Shown here: positions 1-8,575 of the stretch, piece after piece
Layout: each line of letters opens with the position of its first letter
How positions within the stretch are numbered: position 1 is the first letter of the stretch
DNA from: Flavobacteriales bacterium
Lineage (GTDB): Bacteria > Bacteroidota > Bacteroidia > Flavobacteriales_F > PHOS-HE28
NCBI GenBank assembly: GCA_016713875.1
Contig: JADJOI010000002.1
Span: 128,995 to 192,994, forward strand
Length of the DNA stretch: 64,000 nt
Reading direction: 5' to 3'
The notes under the pieces: model-generated
What the model was told of the DNA's origin: nothing
Databases searched by the model: none
Seen by the model: only the letters and a program-made list of their open reading frames with translations
Translations under genes and position numbers: made by a program

Positions 1-814
1 CGCCGTGGAATTGGTCGGCGGCAGCGCGTACCTGAACATGTTCGATTGCACGATCCACGGATCGTTGTCATTCGCCCGAGGAACGGTGACGGGTTGCAGG
101 ATCAACGGCGAGGCCGCTCACATGGCAGCTGGTGCATCCGTGTTATCGCTCACCTCGGGATCATCGCCCGCAGGAACGCTGTTGCATCGTTACGTCGTGG
201 GGAACATCATCGGGTCCGGTCTCAGCGCCAGCTTCCTTCCGAATGTGGTCACCTTGGAAACCGATGCACCCTATACACTGGCGAACAACTTCATCCACGG
301 TAGCGCTTCGCCCAATGCCAAGCCCGCTGTGAAGAAGAAGAAACCCAAGGAGGTGTATCTGCAGGTCACCTTGGTGGATTGTATCATATCCAGCTGGAGC
401 TTGCGCGTACCGGGTGGTGGTCAAGTGCCTTGGCTGGAGGACTCCGTATCCATGTTCGAGCCCGCCTTCACGTGCTTGCTGCACAACAACCACATTGTGG
501 GAACGCTCCCCTTCATTGGGAACGCGCTCAATTTCCCGCAGCTATACAATGTGGTGAGTCCTTCACTTGGCGGGATGGATCCAGTAACGGGTTCCCCGAC
601 CACCGGTTCCATGGCCATTGATGCTGGCGATCCGTCAACGGCATTCCTCGACCTCGACCTGACACGCAATGACGCTGGCTGCACGGGCGGCTCATGGGCC
701 ATCTCCAATTTCCAAGGACCCTCCACGGCGGCGCGCATCGGCGTGGTGCACGCGCCGCGTACCACCGCCGGTAACGCGACCCTTACCATTTCGGCAACCG
801 GCAACCAACGCTAA
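1..814 (+). CDS. Hypothetical protein, 5'-truncated by the window edge (C-terminal part); repetitive Gly/Asn-rich segments suggest a right-handed beta-helix fold
   Basis: The frame is open from the window start to TAA at 812-814. Recurring motifs NNFIHGS and NNHIVGT resemble PbH1-type beta-helix repeats. GC3 is high like neighbouring genes. It is followed 5 nt later by the next ATG. Confidence 0.4.
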   Translation, partial: AVELVGGSAYLNMFDCTIHGSLSFARGTVTGCRINGEAAHMAAGASVLSLTSGSSPAGTLLHRYVVGNIIGSGLSASFLPNVVTLETDAPYTLANNFIHGSASPNAKPAVKKKKPKEVYLQVTLVDCIISSWSLRVPGGGQVPWLEDSVSMFEPAFTCLLHNNHIVGTLPFIGNALNFPQLYNVVSPSLGGMDPVTGSPTTGSMAIDAGDPSTAFLDLDLTRNDAGCTGGSWAISNFQGPSTAARIGVVHAPRTTAGNATLTISATGNQR

Positions 815-819
815 GGGAA

Positions 820-2559
820 ATGGACCCGCGCACCGTGATCCTCGCCGTTGCGGCGATGCTCTTGACGACAATTTGCCAGGCACAACCCGCGCTTGTGCAA
901 GCTGAGTACTTCTGGGATACTGACCCAGGAGCAGGGAACGCAACACCCATGTCAGCGCTGGACGGCAACTTCAACAGTGCGTTCGAGCAGATCATGGCGT
1001 CGAGTGCGGCGCCGAGCGTCGGGTTGCACAGGCTCGGTGTGCGTGTAAAGGGCTCCGACGGCGCTTGGGGCCCGGTGTTCAGCACCGTGGTGGACGTGGT
1101 GGCCATGCGCGAAGTGAAAGTGGTGCAAGCAGAATACTTCTGGGACGCGGATCCCGGTACGGGAAACGGAACGGCCATGCTCGCTTTCGATGGCAACTTC
1201 AACAGTGCTTTCGAGCAACTGAGCGCCGGTGCGACAAGTCCTGGTGCCGGGCTGCATAAGCTCGGCGTGCGTGCAAAGGGATCGGACGGCGTTTGGGGTC
1301 CGGTGTTCAGCACGGTGGTGGATGTAGTGGCCCTGCGAGAAGTGAAGGTGATGCAGGCAGAATACTTCTGGGACGTGGATCCCGGTGCTGGAAACGGCAC
1401 AGCCATGCTCGCTTTCGATGGCAACTTCAACAGTGCCTTCGAGCAACTGAGCGCCGGTGCGACAAGTCCAGGAGTCGGGCTGCATAAGCTCGGCGTACGC
1501 GTGAAGGGAGCTGATGGATCATGGGGTCCGGTGTTCAGCACGGTGGTGGATGTATTGAACCTGCGCCAGGTAAGCGTGATGCAAGCGGAGTACTTCTGGG
1601 ACGCCGATCCCGGTGCGGGAAACGGAACAGCCATGCTCGCCCTCGATGGCGGCTTCAACAGCGCATTCGAGCCGGTGAACGCCACGGTGCCAACGGGAAC
1701 GCTGCTGCCTGGACCCCATGTGCTGCATGTGCGCGCGCAGGGATGGGACCTGTCATGGGGCCCTCCGTTCAGAACCGTGGTGCATGTGGATCCACAACCA
1801 CCGATCAACGTGAACCTGACACTGCGCGCCGCGCTTCAGGGCTGCACACCCACTGCCGGTGGGAACATGAACGACAACCTGCGCGCGGCAGGTCTAATTC
1901 CCACCACCGAACCATACAGCGCGTTGGGCTACGATCTCGGCCAGAATGCTGGTGCCACCATCGACCCTGCCCTGCTCAACAGCCAAGGCTTTCCGTTCCT
2001 CACTAACGTGGTGGACTGGGTGCTCGTGGAGTTCCATCCATCGGCCGCGCCGCAGCAGTCCATTTTATCCGTTCCAATGCTGCTTCGCCGAGGGGGCACC
2101 ATCGCTGACCTGTCCGGCACGTTTCCGTTCTGGATCAGCATAATACCCGGGAACTACTACGTGGTTCTACGCCATCGCAATCACCTGCCCGTGGCCACCG
2201 CCGCGCCTATCGCCATGACCGCCGACGGCGCATCGCACACGGTTGATTTCATCGCTGCTGCGGGCGCGGCCTACGGAGCGGATGCCACCGTGCAACTGGG
2301 GACAAAGTGGTGCCTGTGGAGCGGGGATGTGAACCACGACGGACAATTGAAATACACAGGCGTTGCGAACGACCGTGACCCTATTCTCGTGGCCATCGGC
2401 GGCACAACGCCGAACAATACGATCACTGGATATCGCAGCCAGGATGTGAACATGGACGGTACGGTGAAGTACACCGGCGCCAACAACGACCGCGATCCCG
2501 TCCTCGTGAACATCGGCGGTACCACACCGAACAATGTGCGGCAGGCGCAGTTGCCGTGA
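820..2559 (+). CDS. Secreted tandem-repeat protein (signal peptide, 4 x 76-aa repeats, C-terminal domain with two dockerin/EF-hand-like Asp-rich motifs)
   Basis: N-terminal signal peptide MDPRTVILAVAAMLLTTICQAQP. Four repeats begin QAEYFWD(T/A/V)DPG(A/T)GN(A/G)T. The C-terminus carries GDVNHDGQLKYTG and QDVNMDGTVKYTG motifs. Stop is TGA. Confidence 0.6.
   Translation: MDPRTVILAVAAMLLTTICQAQPALVQAEYFWDTDPGAGNATPMSALDGNFNSAFEQIMASSAAPSVGLHRLGVRVKGSDGAWGPVFSTVVDVVAMREVKVVQAEYFWDADPGTGNGTAMLAFDGNFNSAFEQLSAGATSPGAGLHKLGVRAKGSDGVWGPVFSTVVDVVALREVKVMQAEYFWDVDPGAGNGTAMLAFDGNFNSAFEQLSAGATSPGVGLHKLGVRVKGADGSWGPVFSTVVDVLNLRQVSVMQAEYFWDADPGAGNGTAMLALDGGFNSAFEPVNATVPTGTLLPGPHVLHVRAQGWDLSWGPPFRTVVHVDPQPPINVNLTLRAALQGCTPTAGGNMNDNLRAAGLIPTTEPYSALGYDLGQNAGATIDPALLNSQGFPFLTNVVDWVLVEFHPSAAPQQSILSVPMLLRRGGTIADLSGTFPFWISIIPGNYYVVLRHRNHLPVATAAPIAMTADGASHTVDFIAAAGAAYGADATVQLGTKWCLWSGDVNHDGQLKYTGVANDRDPILVAIGGTTPNNTITGYRSQDVNMDGTVKYTGANNDRDPVLVNIGGTTPNNVRQAQLP
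898..1809 (+). repeat. Four direct tandem repeats of 228 bp (76 codons) inside the CDS 820-2559, highly conserved at nucleotide level
   Basis: Repeat starts (CAA GC(T/A) GA(G/A) TAC TTC TGG GA) fall at 898, 1126, 1354 and 1582, giving a period of exactly 228 nt. Long antisense ORFs (for example 783-1808 minus) are a by-product of the repeat. Confidence 0.8.
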
Positions 2560-2563
2560 TCGC

Positions 2564-3382
2564 TCACGGGAACTTCGGGAACTTCTGGAAGTCCGGCGCC
2601 CTCTTCTCCAGGAACGCATTACGCCCTTCCTGCGCCTCGTCCATCAGGTAGTACATGAGTGTGGCGTCGCCGGCGAACTCCATCAGGCCGCGCTGGCCGT
2701 CCAACTCGGCGTTCAGGCCGCGCTTGATCATGCGCAGGGCAAGTGGACTACGTTGCATCATGATCTTGCACCACTCCACGGTCGTGTCCTCCAGTTCGGC
2801 GAGCGGAACCACCTTGTTCACCATGCCCATGTCGAAGGCCTCCTGCGCCGAATACTGCAGGCAGAGGAACCAGATCTCGCGGGCCTTCTTCTGCCCCACG
2901 TGCCGCGCCAGGTAGTTGCTGCCGAAGCCCGCATCGAAGCTCCCCACCTTGGGACCGGTCTGCCCGAAACGCGCATGGTCCGCGGCAATGGTGAGGTCGC
3001 ACACCACGTGCAGCACGTGGCCGCCGCCGATGGCATAGCCGTTCACCATGGCCACCACAGGCTTGGGCAGCTCGCGGATGCGCTTGTGCAGGTCGAGCAC
3101 GTTCAGGCGCGGGATGCCATCGGTGCCGATATAGCCGCCGCGGCCTTTCACGTTCTGATCACCGCCGCTGCAGAAGGCCTTGTCGCCCGAACCGGTGAGC
3201 ACCACCACGCCGATGTTCGGATCCTCGCGCGCGATATCCATCGCGTCGATCATCTCCTTGTTCGTGTCCGGGCGGAAGGCGTTGTACACCTCCGGCCTGT
3301 TGATCGTGATCTTGGCGATGCCTTCGAAGAACTCGAAGGTGATGTCCGTGTATTGCTTGATGGGGGTCCAGTTCCTGCTCAT
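2564..3382 (-). CDS. menB: 1,4-dihydroxy-2-naphthoyl-CoA synthase (crotonase fold)
   Basis: The translation from [38 protein letters not shown] ... [16 protein letters not shown] is MenB-like throughout. Start is the internal Met of the longer ORF 2564-3574, with cat at 3380-3382. Stop is TGA. Confidence 0.9.
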   Translation of the reverse strand: MSRNWTPIKQYTDITFEFFEGIAKITINRPEVYNAFRPDTNKEMIDAMDIAREDPNIGVVVLTGSGDKAFCSGGDQNVKGRGGYIGTDGIPRLNVLDLHKRIRELPKPVVAMVNGYAIGGGHVLHVVCDLTIAADHARFGQTGPKVGSFDAGFGSNYLARHVGQKKAREIWFLCLQYSAQEAFDMGMVNKVVPLAELEDTTVEWCKIMMQRSPLALRMIKRGLNAELDGQRGLMEFAGDATLMYYLMDEAQEGRNAFLEKRAPDFQKFPKFP

Positions 3383-3434
3383 GCGAATGCGATCGGACCG
3401 CAACGACGCGACGGACGCAACGAATGCGCAACGG

Positions 3435-5135
3435 TCATGAGGTGCGGAGTTGGGTGAAGTAGTCGCGCAACACCTTCGGTGAAATAAGCGCGTCCGTGGT
3501 GATGTGGAGCACGGCAGGCCTGTCGTGCTCCGCGTACAGCTTGTCGAGACCGGCTTCCAAGGAAGCCTGGTCATTGGCGTGGTAATACGGCAGGTCGTAG
3601 CTCGTCACCAGCTTCTCGATGCTGCGTACATACGGCGCTTCGAACCACTTGAGCAGCTCGGGGTCCCTGTCGGGCCCGTCGATGTAGCGGAAGATGTTGC
3701 CGCCGCCGTTGTCCACCACGATCACCTTCAACAACGGGGAAAGGTGGTTGTTCCAGAACGCATTGCTGTCGTAACAGAACGCGGTGTCGCCCGTGATGAG
3801 CGTGGTGAGCTTCTGCGTTGCGAAAGCCGCGCCCACGGCCGTGCTGGTGCAGCCGTCGATGCCGCTGGTGCCGCGGTTGCTGAACCAGCGAAGGCCCCGC
3901 ACCCGGTCGAAGAGCTGCACATAGCGCGCGGGCGTGCTGCTGGCCACGTGCACATCGCTGTCGCCGGGGATCCGGTCGTTCAGCGTGTTGAAGACGGCGA
4001 GGTCGCAGAAGGGCGCTTCGCTCACGAGGTGGTTGTGCAGGCCGCGCGTGCGCTCGTCCACCATGCGCCAGGCCTCGCCGTAGAAGCTGTCCACCCGGTG
4101 GGTTGACGCTACAACGGGCTCGGTGATCTGCGCGAAGAAGATCTCGGGGCTCACAGCGATGTCGTGCGTGAGGCTCTGGTACGTGTCATAGTGTCGCTGT
4201 CCGGCATCGACGTTCCAGTGCTGCAGCGGACGCCATGTGCGGAGCAGCGACTTGATGCGCTTGCTTACCACCGCGCCACCGAAGGTGATCAGCAGGTCGG
4301 GCCTCAGGTCGTTCTCGTTCGCCGCGCCCACGCCCTCGATCGCCCGGTCGATGCAGGTGATGAAGGCGGGGTCGTCCAGGTTGCTCGTGGCCTCGGTGTG
4401 CACCGTTACCTGCGGTAGCGTTGCCAGGCGTTGCAGCTGGGTCTTGAGCCCCTGACTCCACCGGCCCTGACCGGCAAGAACCATGACCTTGAGGCAGGCG
4501 CCGAGCTGCCCGATGAGCCAGCGCGAATACTCGGGCAGGATGAAGGGCTCCGTCATGATCGGAGCGATAAGGCGGCCTTGCGTCGCCTCTTGAGCTTCAG
4601 CCTGGCCGTAGAGCGGTTCGGCGAAGGGCACGTTCACATGCACCGGTCCCGGCACGGGAAGCAATGTGGCATCGATGGCCTCGTTGATCAGGCGACCACA
4701 ATGCCAGCGCCCGAGGTCGTCCGTCGGGTTGCGCGGCAGCTGCACACTGCGCTTCATGTGCAGAGCGAGCACGCCTTGCTGGCGGATGGCTTGTCCTTCG
4801 CCCTGGTCCACCCATTCCTCGGGACGATCTGCGGTGATGACGAGCAATGGCACACGCTGGTAGAAGGCTTCGGCGATCGCCGGACCGTAGTTGAGCACCG
4901 CGCTTCCGCTGGTGCAGATGAGAGCCACGGGCGCGCGCAGCTGCTGCGCCATGCCCAGTGCGAAGAAGCCCGCGCTGCGTTCATCGATCACCTGCAGGCA
5001 GGTGATGTCGGGGTGCCGGTGGAAGGCGATGACCAACGGGGCACTGCGCGAGCCGGGGCTGATGACGGCGTGTCGGACACCCTTGGCGGCACAGAGCCGG
5101 GCGAGCTCGGCCGCGGCGAAGTGGTCGGAGGTCAT
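3435..5135 (-). CDS. menD: 2-succinyl-5-enolpyruvyl-6-hydroxy-3-cyclohexene-1-carboxylate synthase (ThDP enzyme)
   Basis: Starts [38 protein letters not shown]..., the typical MenD N-terminal ThDP-binding region, and is 567 aa. The ATG at 5135 overlaps the menF stop as ATGA. The upstream Arg/Pro-rich ORF extension is a GC artefact that overlaps menF. Confidence 0.85.
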   Translation of the reverse strand: MTSDHFAAAELARLCAAKGVRHAVISPGSRSAPLVIAFHRHPDITCLQVIDERSAGFFALGMAQQLRAPVALICTSGSAVLNYGPAIAEAFYQRVPLLVITADRPEEWVDQGEGQAIRQQGVLALHMKRSVQLPRNPTDDLGRWHCGRLINEAIDATLLPVPGPVHVNVPFAEPLYGQAEAQEATQGRLIAPIMTEPFILPEYSRWLIGQLGACLKVMVLAGQGRWSQGLKTQLQRLATLPQVTVHTEATSNLDDPAFITCIDRAIEGVGAANENDLRPDLLITFGGAVVSKRIKSLLRTWRPLQHWNVDAGQRHYDTYQSLTHDIAVSPEIFFAQITEPVVASTHRVDSFYGEAWRMVDERTRGLHNHLVSEAPFCDLAVFNTLNDRIPGDSDVHVASSTPARYVQLFDRVRGLRWFSNRGTSGIDGCTSTAVGAAFATQKLTTLITGDTAFCYDSNAFWNNHLSPLLKVIVVDNGGGNIFRYIDGPDRDPELLKWFEAPYVRSIEKLVTSYDLPYYHANDQASLEAGLDKLYAEHDRPAVLHITTDALISPKVLRDYFTQLRTS

Positions 5136-6259
5136 CGGGCCGGTGAAGATACCCGGGCGCTGTGCAGCGACCGGATCGCGGCGGTCCACGCCGCTGCCTT
5201 GGCCTCCGTCTCCCGCCATTCCGCCTCCGGGTCGGACCCGTCGGTGACCCCGGCGCCCACGTGCAGGGCCACCGCGTCGTCGAAGGCTTCCATGCACCGG
5301 ATGTTCACGAAGATCTCCGTGCGGCCGTCGGCGTTCCATGGTCCCCAGAAACCGGTGTAGAGGCCGCGCTCGGGACCTTCGTGGCCGGCGATGAAGGCGT
5401 TCGCCGCCGGCCGCGGTGTGCCGCACACGGCCGGTGTGGGATGCACGGCCACCAGCACTTCGTCGAGCGAACGGTTCCCGAGGTCGGCCTCCACCTCCGT
5501 GCGCAGGTGGCTCACCCCACCGGCCTCCACCGGCCGCGGACCGTGCAGGGTGATGCGCGGCAGTCCGAGCTCGATCAGCTGGCCCACGATCTCCCGGGTG
5601 ACGAGCGCCTGTTCGCGGCGCTCCTTGGGGCTCCATTCCTCGGCGAGGGCCGGCGCGTCCGACCGGGGCCGTGTGCCCGCGAGGGCGTCCAGGCGCACCA
5701 GCTCGTCCTCGGCCGTCAGCAACCGCTCGGGCGACGCACCGAGCCAGGTGCCGTGCTCCGGGGTGTTCAGTAGGGCCACGAACGCATGGGGCATCCGGTC
5801 CAGCGCATCCTCGAAGAGCGTAGCCAGCTCGGAGCGGTCCAGGGGCATCGTCACCGTCCTCGAGGCCACCACCTTGTCGAGCGTGCCCTCGGCGATGGCG
5901 GTCTTGGCGCTCCGGACGAGGTCCTCATACCCCGGCCGATCGGCATCATGGGGCCGGGTGCGCGTGATCGGAGGGGCCCCCTCACAGCCATGAAGGGGTT
6001 CCAGCGACACGGGAAGTTCGCCGAACGTCAGTTCCACATCGTTGCGCACGAAGTGGGTGGCCTGCGGTTCGTAAGTGAAGGGAGCCACCAGGAAGGCCTC
6101 GTTGAGGCGACCGAGGTAGGCGGGGTCGATGGGTTCCAGTTCGGGGTTGCGCTGGGCCCAAAGGGTCACCGGGCCGCCGGGGACGCGGAACGCGGCGAAG
6201 GTGATCCGCCGATCAAGGCAGAGGCTGAGGGCCTGATGAAGGGGGCTGGTGGTGCTCAT
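5132..6259 (-). CDS. menF: Isochorismate synthase (menaquinone-specific)
   Basis: Starts MSTTSPLHQALSLCLDRR... and contains a chorismate-binding fold (…GTPRPAANAFIAGHEGPERGLYTGFWGPW…). It is 376 aa. Both ends overlap their neighbours as ATGA. Confidence 0.8.
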   Translation of the reverse strand: MSTTSPLHQALSLCLDRRITFAAFRVPGGPVTLWAQRNPELEPIDPAYLGRLNEAFLVAPFTYEPQATHFVRNDVELTFGELPVSLEPLHGCEGAPPITRTRPHDADRPGYEDLVRSAKTAIAEGTLDKVVASRTVTMPLDRSELATLFEDALDRMPHAFVALLNTPEHGTWLGASPERLLTAEDELVRLDALAGTRPRSDAPALAEEWSPKERREQALVTREIVGQLIELGLPRITLHGPRPVEAGGVSHLRTEVEADLGNRSLDEVLVAVHPTPAVCGTPRPAANAFIAGHEGPERGLYTGFWGPWNADGRTEIFVNIRCMEAFDDAVALHVGAGVTDGSDPEAEWRETEAKAAAWTAAIRSLHSARVSSPAR

Positions 6260-6693
6260 GCGGTGGGCGGTATCGGGGCGCCGGGCAACACCACGTTGGT
6301 CAGTCTGCACACCGCACAGAGCTCGCTGGCGGCGTTGCGCACGCGGATCTCCCACACGTGGGTGGTGCGGCCCAGATGCAGTGCCTCGGCTGTGGCGGTC
6401 ACCCGGCCGTCGCGGACCCCTTTCAGGTGGTTGGCGTTCAACTCGATGCCCACCACTTGCCGGCCCTCGGGCAGCACCAGTAGGGCCGAGGCCACGCTGC
6501 CCAGTGTTTCGGCCAGGGCCGCGGTGGCCCCGCCATGGAGCAGGCCCATGGGCTGCACGGTGCGGGCGTCCACCGGCATGGAGGCCGTGAGGTGACCGTC
6601 CGGATCGACCCCGAACCGGATGTCGAGGTGTTCGGAGAGCGTGCCGGCGCGGAAGCGGTCCGCCTGTTCCGCGTGTGCCGGGGTGAAGCGCAT
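6256..6693 (-). CDS. PaaI/hotdog-fold thioesterase, likely 1,4-dihydroxy-2-naphthoyl-CoA hydrolase (MenI-like)
   Basis: Contains …MGLLHGGATAALAETLGSVAS…GIELNANHLKGV…, a hotdog thioesterase signature. It sits first in the menF-menD-menB operon. The start is uncertain: MRFTPAH at 6693 is chosen over 6744 because the latter would overlap the divergent regulator gene. Confidence 0.6.
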   Translation of the reverse strand: MRFTPAHAEQADRFRAGTLSEHLDIRFGVDPDGHLTASMPVDARTVQPMGLLHGGATAALAETLGSVASALLVLPEGRQVVGIELNANHLKGVRDGRVTATAEALHLGRTTHVWEIRVRNAASELCAVCRLTNVVLPGAPIPPTA

Positions 6694-6727
6694 GGGCCAA
6701 AGGTACCCGTGCCGAACTTTGTACCCC

Positions 6728-7426
6728 ATGCAAAAGGCCACCAAGCCCCGCGTGCTCCTCGTCGAGGATGAAGAGGGCCTGCGCCATACGCTACGCCTGA
6801 ACCTCGAACTGGAAGGCTACCATGTGACCACCGCGGCCACGGGCCCGGAGGCCTTGGAGCGGTTGCGCGGCGCCCGGTTCGATGCGGCGGTATTGGACGT
6901 GATGTTGCCTGGGATGGACGGGTTCACCGTGTGCGAAAAAGCCCGGCTGGGGGGCGACCGGACGCCGGTGCTCTTCCTGACGGCGCGCACGGCTACCGCC
7001 GACCGCGTGCGCGGTCTGCGGACAGGCGACGACCATTTGGGCAAACCCTTCGACCTGGAGGAGCTGATGTTGCGCGTGGCCAAGTTGGTGGCGCGATCGG
7101 ACGAACGTCCAACCGCCGCCGTGCCGGACAAGATCCGTTTCGGGCCCAATGAGGTGGACCTGGTGGCCTTCGAAGCGCGCGGTGTGGGCGGCTCGCGCAC
7201 CCTCTCCCAGCGCGAGGTCATGCTCCTGCGGCTGCTGATCGAGCATGCCGGCGAGGTGGTCTCCCGCGAAGAGATCCTCCACAAGGTCTGGGGCTACGAT
7301 GTCTTCCCGACCACCCGCACCATCGACAACTTCATCGTGGCCTTCCGCAAGCTGTTCGAGCCCGACCCGCGCAACCCGGTGCATTTCCTCAGCCACCGCG
7401 GGGTGGGGTACAAATTCATGTTCTGA
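6728..7426 (+). CDS. OmpR/PhoB-family two-component response regulator (receiver + winged-helix); no cognate histidine kinase in the window
   Basis: Starts MQKATKPRVLLVEDEEGLRHTLRLNLELEGYHV…DVMLPGMDGF… and has a C-terminal wHTH (…RTLSQREVMLLRLL…VWGY…). Confidence 0.8.
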   Translation: MQKATKPRVLLVEDEEGLRHTLRLNLELEGYHVTTAATGPEALERLRGARFDAAVLDVMLPGMDGFTVCEKARLGGDRTPVLFLTARTATADRVRGLRTGDDHLGKPFDLEELMLRVAKLVARSDERPTAAVPDKIRFGPNEVDLVAFEARGVGGSRTLSQREVMLLRLLIEHAGEVVSREEILHKVWGYDVFPTTRTIDNFIVAFRKLFEPDPRNPVHFLSHRGVGYKFMF

Positions 7427-7534
7427 TCACGAAGGGAGGCAACCCTCCGGACCGACCTACGTCTTGTTGGTGTCAGTGGGAACATCTTCCACCCCTGACG
7501 TTGGTTCCATCCTATTCCTTGCAGGTTTACCGCG

Positions 7535-7566
7535 CAGGGGCCCACACCGGGCCCCTGTTCGGTTTT
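7535..7566 (+). terminator. Rho-independent terminator candidate downstream of the response regulator
   Basis: A perfect 9-bp stem CAGGGGCCC / GGGCCCCTG with loop ACACC is followed by TTCGGTTTT. Confidence 0.45.
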
Positions 7567-7741
7567 CCAGGGGTGCGTTCATGTGGTTTCATCGGCTGAT
7601 CGTGACCGGTCGGCGTGATCCACGCGTCCTTTCGTGGGGTGCGCTTGCGCAAGGCATCCCCTTCGCCTTACTTTCGTCTCGTCCTTGGGACCGACACAGT
7701 TCCGGTCACTGGAACAGATCAACTCCAGAACACGCAAGCGC

Positions 7742-8518
7742 ATGAGCACCACTACCCTTCGTTCCACCGGCCTGGCCTTGATGCTGGGGGCCGCCGCCAT
7801 GGTCCAGGCCCAGAGCCCGGTCGATATCGGCCTGTTCGCCAACAACGGCCAGCTGGAGGTCCGCGTCCGCCCCACGGCGGATTTCGACGGCATCTTCAGT
7901 TCGCTGGTCTTCACCTTGCGTTGGGACCGCAGTGCCAACGTTCAGTTGGGCGACGCGACCCAGCCGGAGGGTCCGCGGACGTACATCCCGATCGCCCCTT
8001 CGGGCGGTGTTCGCGAAAGCGGCTCGTTCAATTACCAAGTGTATGCGGGCTTCGGTTTCGAAGCCATCCGCAACACCGGGGTCAACTGGGAAGGTGGCCG
8101 GGAGTACACCCTGCTCAGCATCCCCTTCACCGGTGAGGCCGCCGTGGAACTGATGAACGACAGCTGGACGGGTGAAACGCTCAACAATGCGGACTACTAC
8201 CTGTCCCTGGGCGGCCTCGATCGCACTGGCACCATCTATCAGAAGTCGATCAACGCGAGCGAGCTGGACGGCGCGGTGACCATCCTGCCGAACCCGAACG
8301 ATGGGCAGTTCGTCTTCTCCTTCCTGGTGGCCACACCGTCCGACATCCAGGTGGAGGTGGTGAACACCTTGGGTCAAAGCGTGTTCACCGACCTGCTGCG
8401 CGGCTTCGAGGGTACCTATCGCAAGGAGATGGACCTGCGCACCTCCAGCAACGGCATCTACTACCTGAAGATCACGCGCAAAGGCACTACCGACGTGCAC
8501 AAGATCGTCTACCGCTGA
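7742..8518 (+). CDS. Secreted protein with T9SS type-A (Por) C-terminal sorting domain
   Basis: Signal peptide MSTTTLRSTGLALMLGAAAMVQAQ. The C-terminus …ILPNPNDGQFVFSF…GIYYLKITRKGTTDVHKIVYR matches the Por_Secre_tail pattern. Confidence 0.7.
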   Translation: MSTTTLRSTGLALMLGAAAMVQAQSPVDIGLFANNGQLEVRVRPTADFDGIFSSLVFTLRWDRSANVQLGDATQPEGPRTYIPIAPSGGVRESGSFNYQVYAGFGFEAIRNTGVNWEGGREYTLLSIPFTGEAAVELMNDSWTGETLNNADYYLSLGGLDRTGTIYQKSINASELDGAVTILPNPNDGQFVFSFLVATPSDIQVEVVNTLGQSVFTDLLRGFEGTYRKEMDLRTSSNGIYYLKITRKGTTDVHKIVYR

Positions 8519-8539
8519 CCGGTCCCCTGACGGCATGGA

Positions 8540-8563
8540 CAAAGGGTGCTGCGGCACCCTTTG
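8540..8563. terminator. Hairpin between convergent genes (possible bidirectional terminator)
   Basis: Stem AAAGGGTGC / GCACCCTTT with loop TGCG, in the 57-bp gap between the + strand T9SS gene and the minus-strand addB-like gene. It has no strong T tract. Confidence 0.3.
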
Positions 8564-8575
8564 TTCGTTCCGGGC

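Noticed and set aside
783-1808. 341-aa minus-strand ORF antisense to the tandem-repeat protein gene
   Set aside because: It mirrors the 228-bp repeats of the sense gene and has no start context. It is a typical high-GC antisense artefact, and the sense strand carries a signal peptide and coherent domain structure.
2534-5360. Plus-strand ORFs (2534-3457, 3504-4106, 4431-5360) opposite menB/menD
   Set aside because: They are antisense to strongly supported men genes. They have no homology signal and are Arg/Ala/His-rich, a GC artefact.
3435-6787. Long Arg/Pro/Gly-rich N-terminal extensions of the menD (to 5636) and menF (to 6787) ORFs
   Set aside because: The extensions overlap the upstream gene in another frame. 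They have extreme Arg/Gly/Pro composition typical of an out-of-frame GC-rich translation. Family-consistent internal Met starts exist, with ATGA overlaps to the preceding stop.
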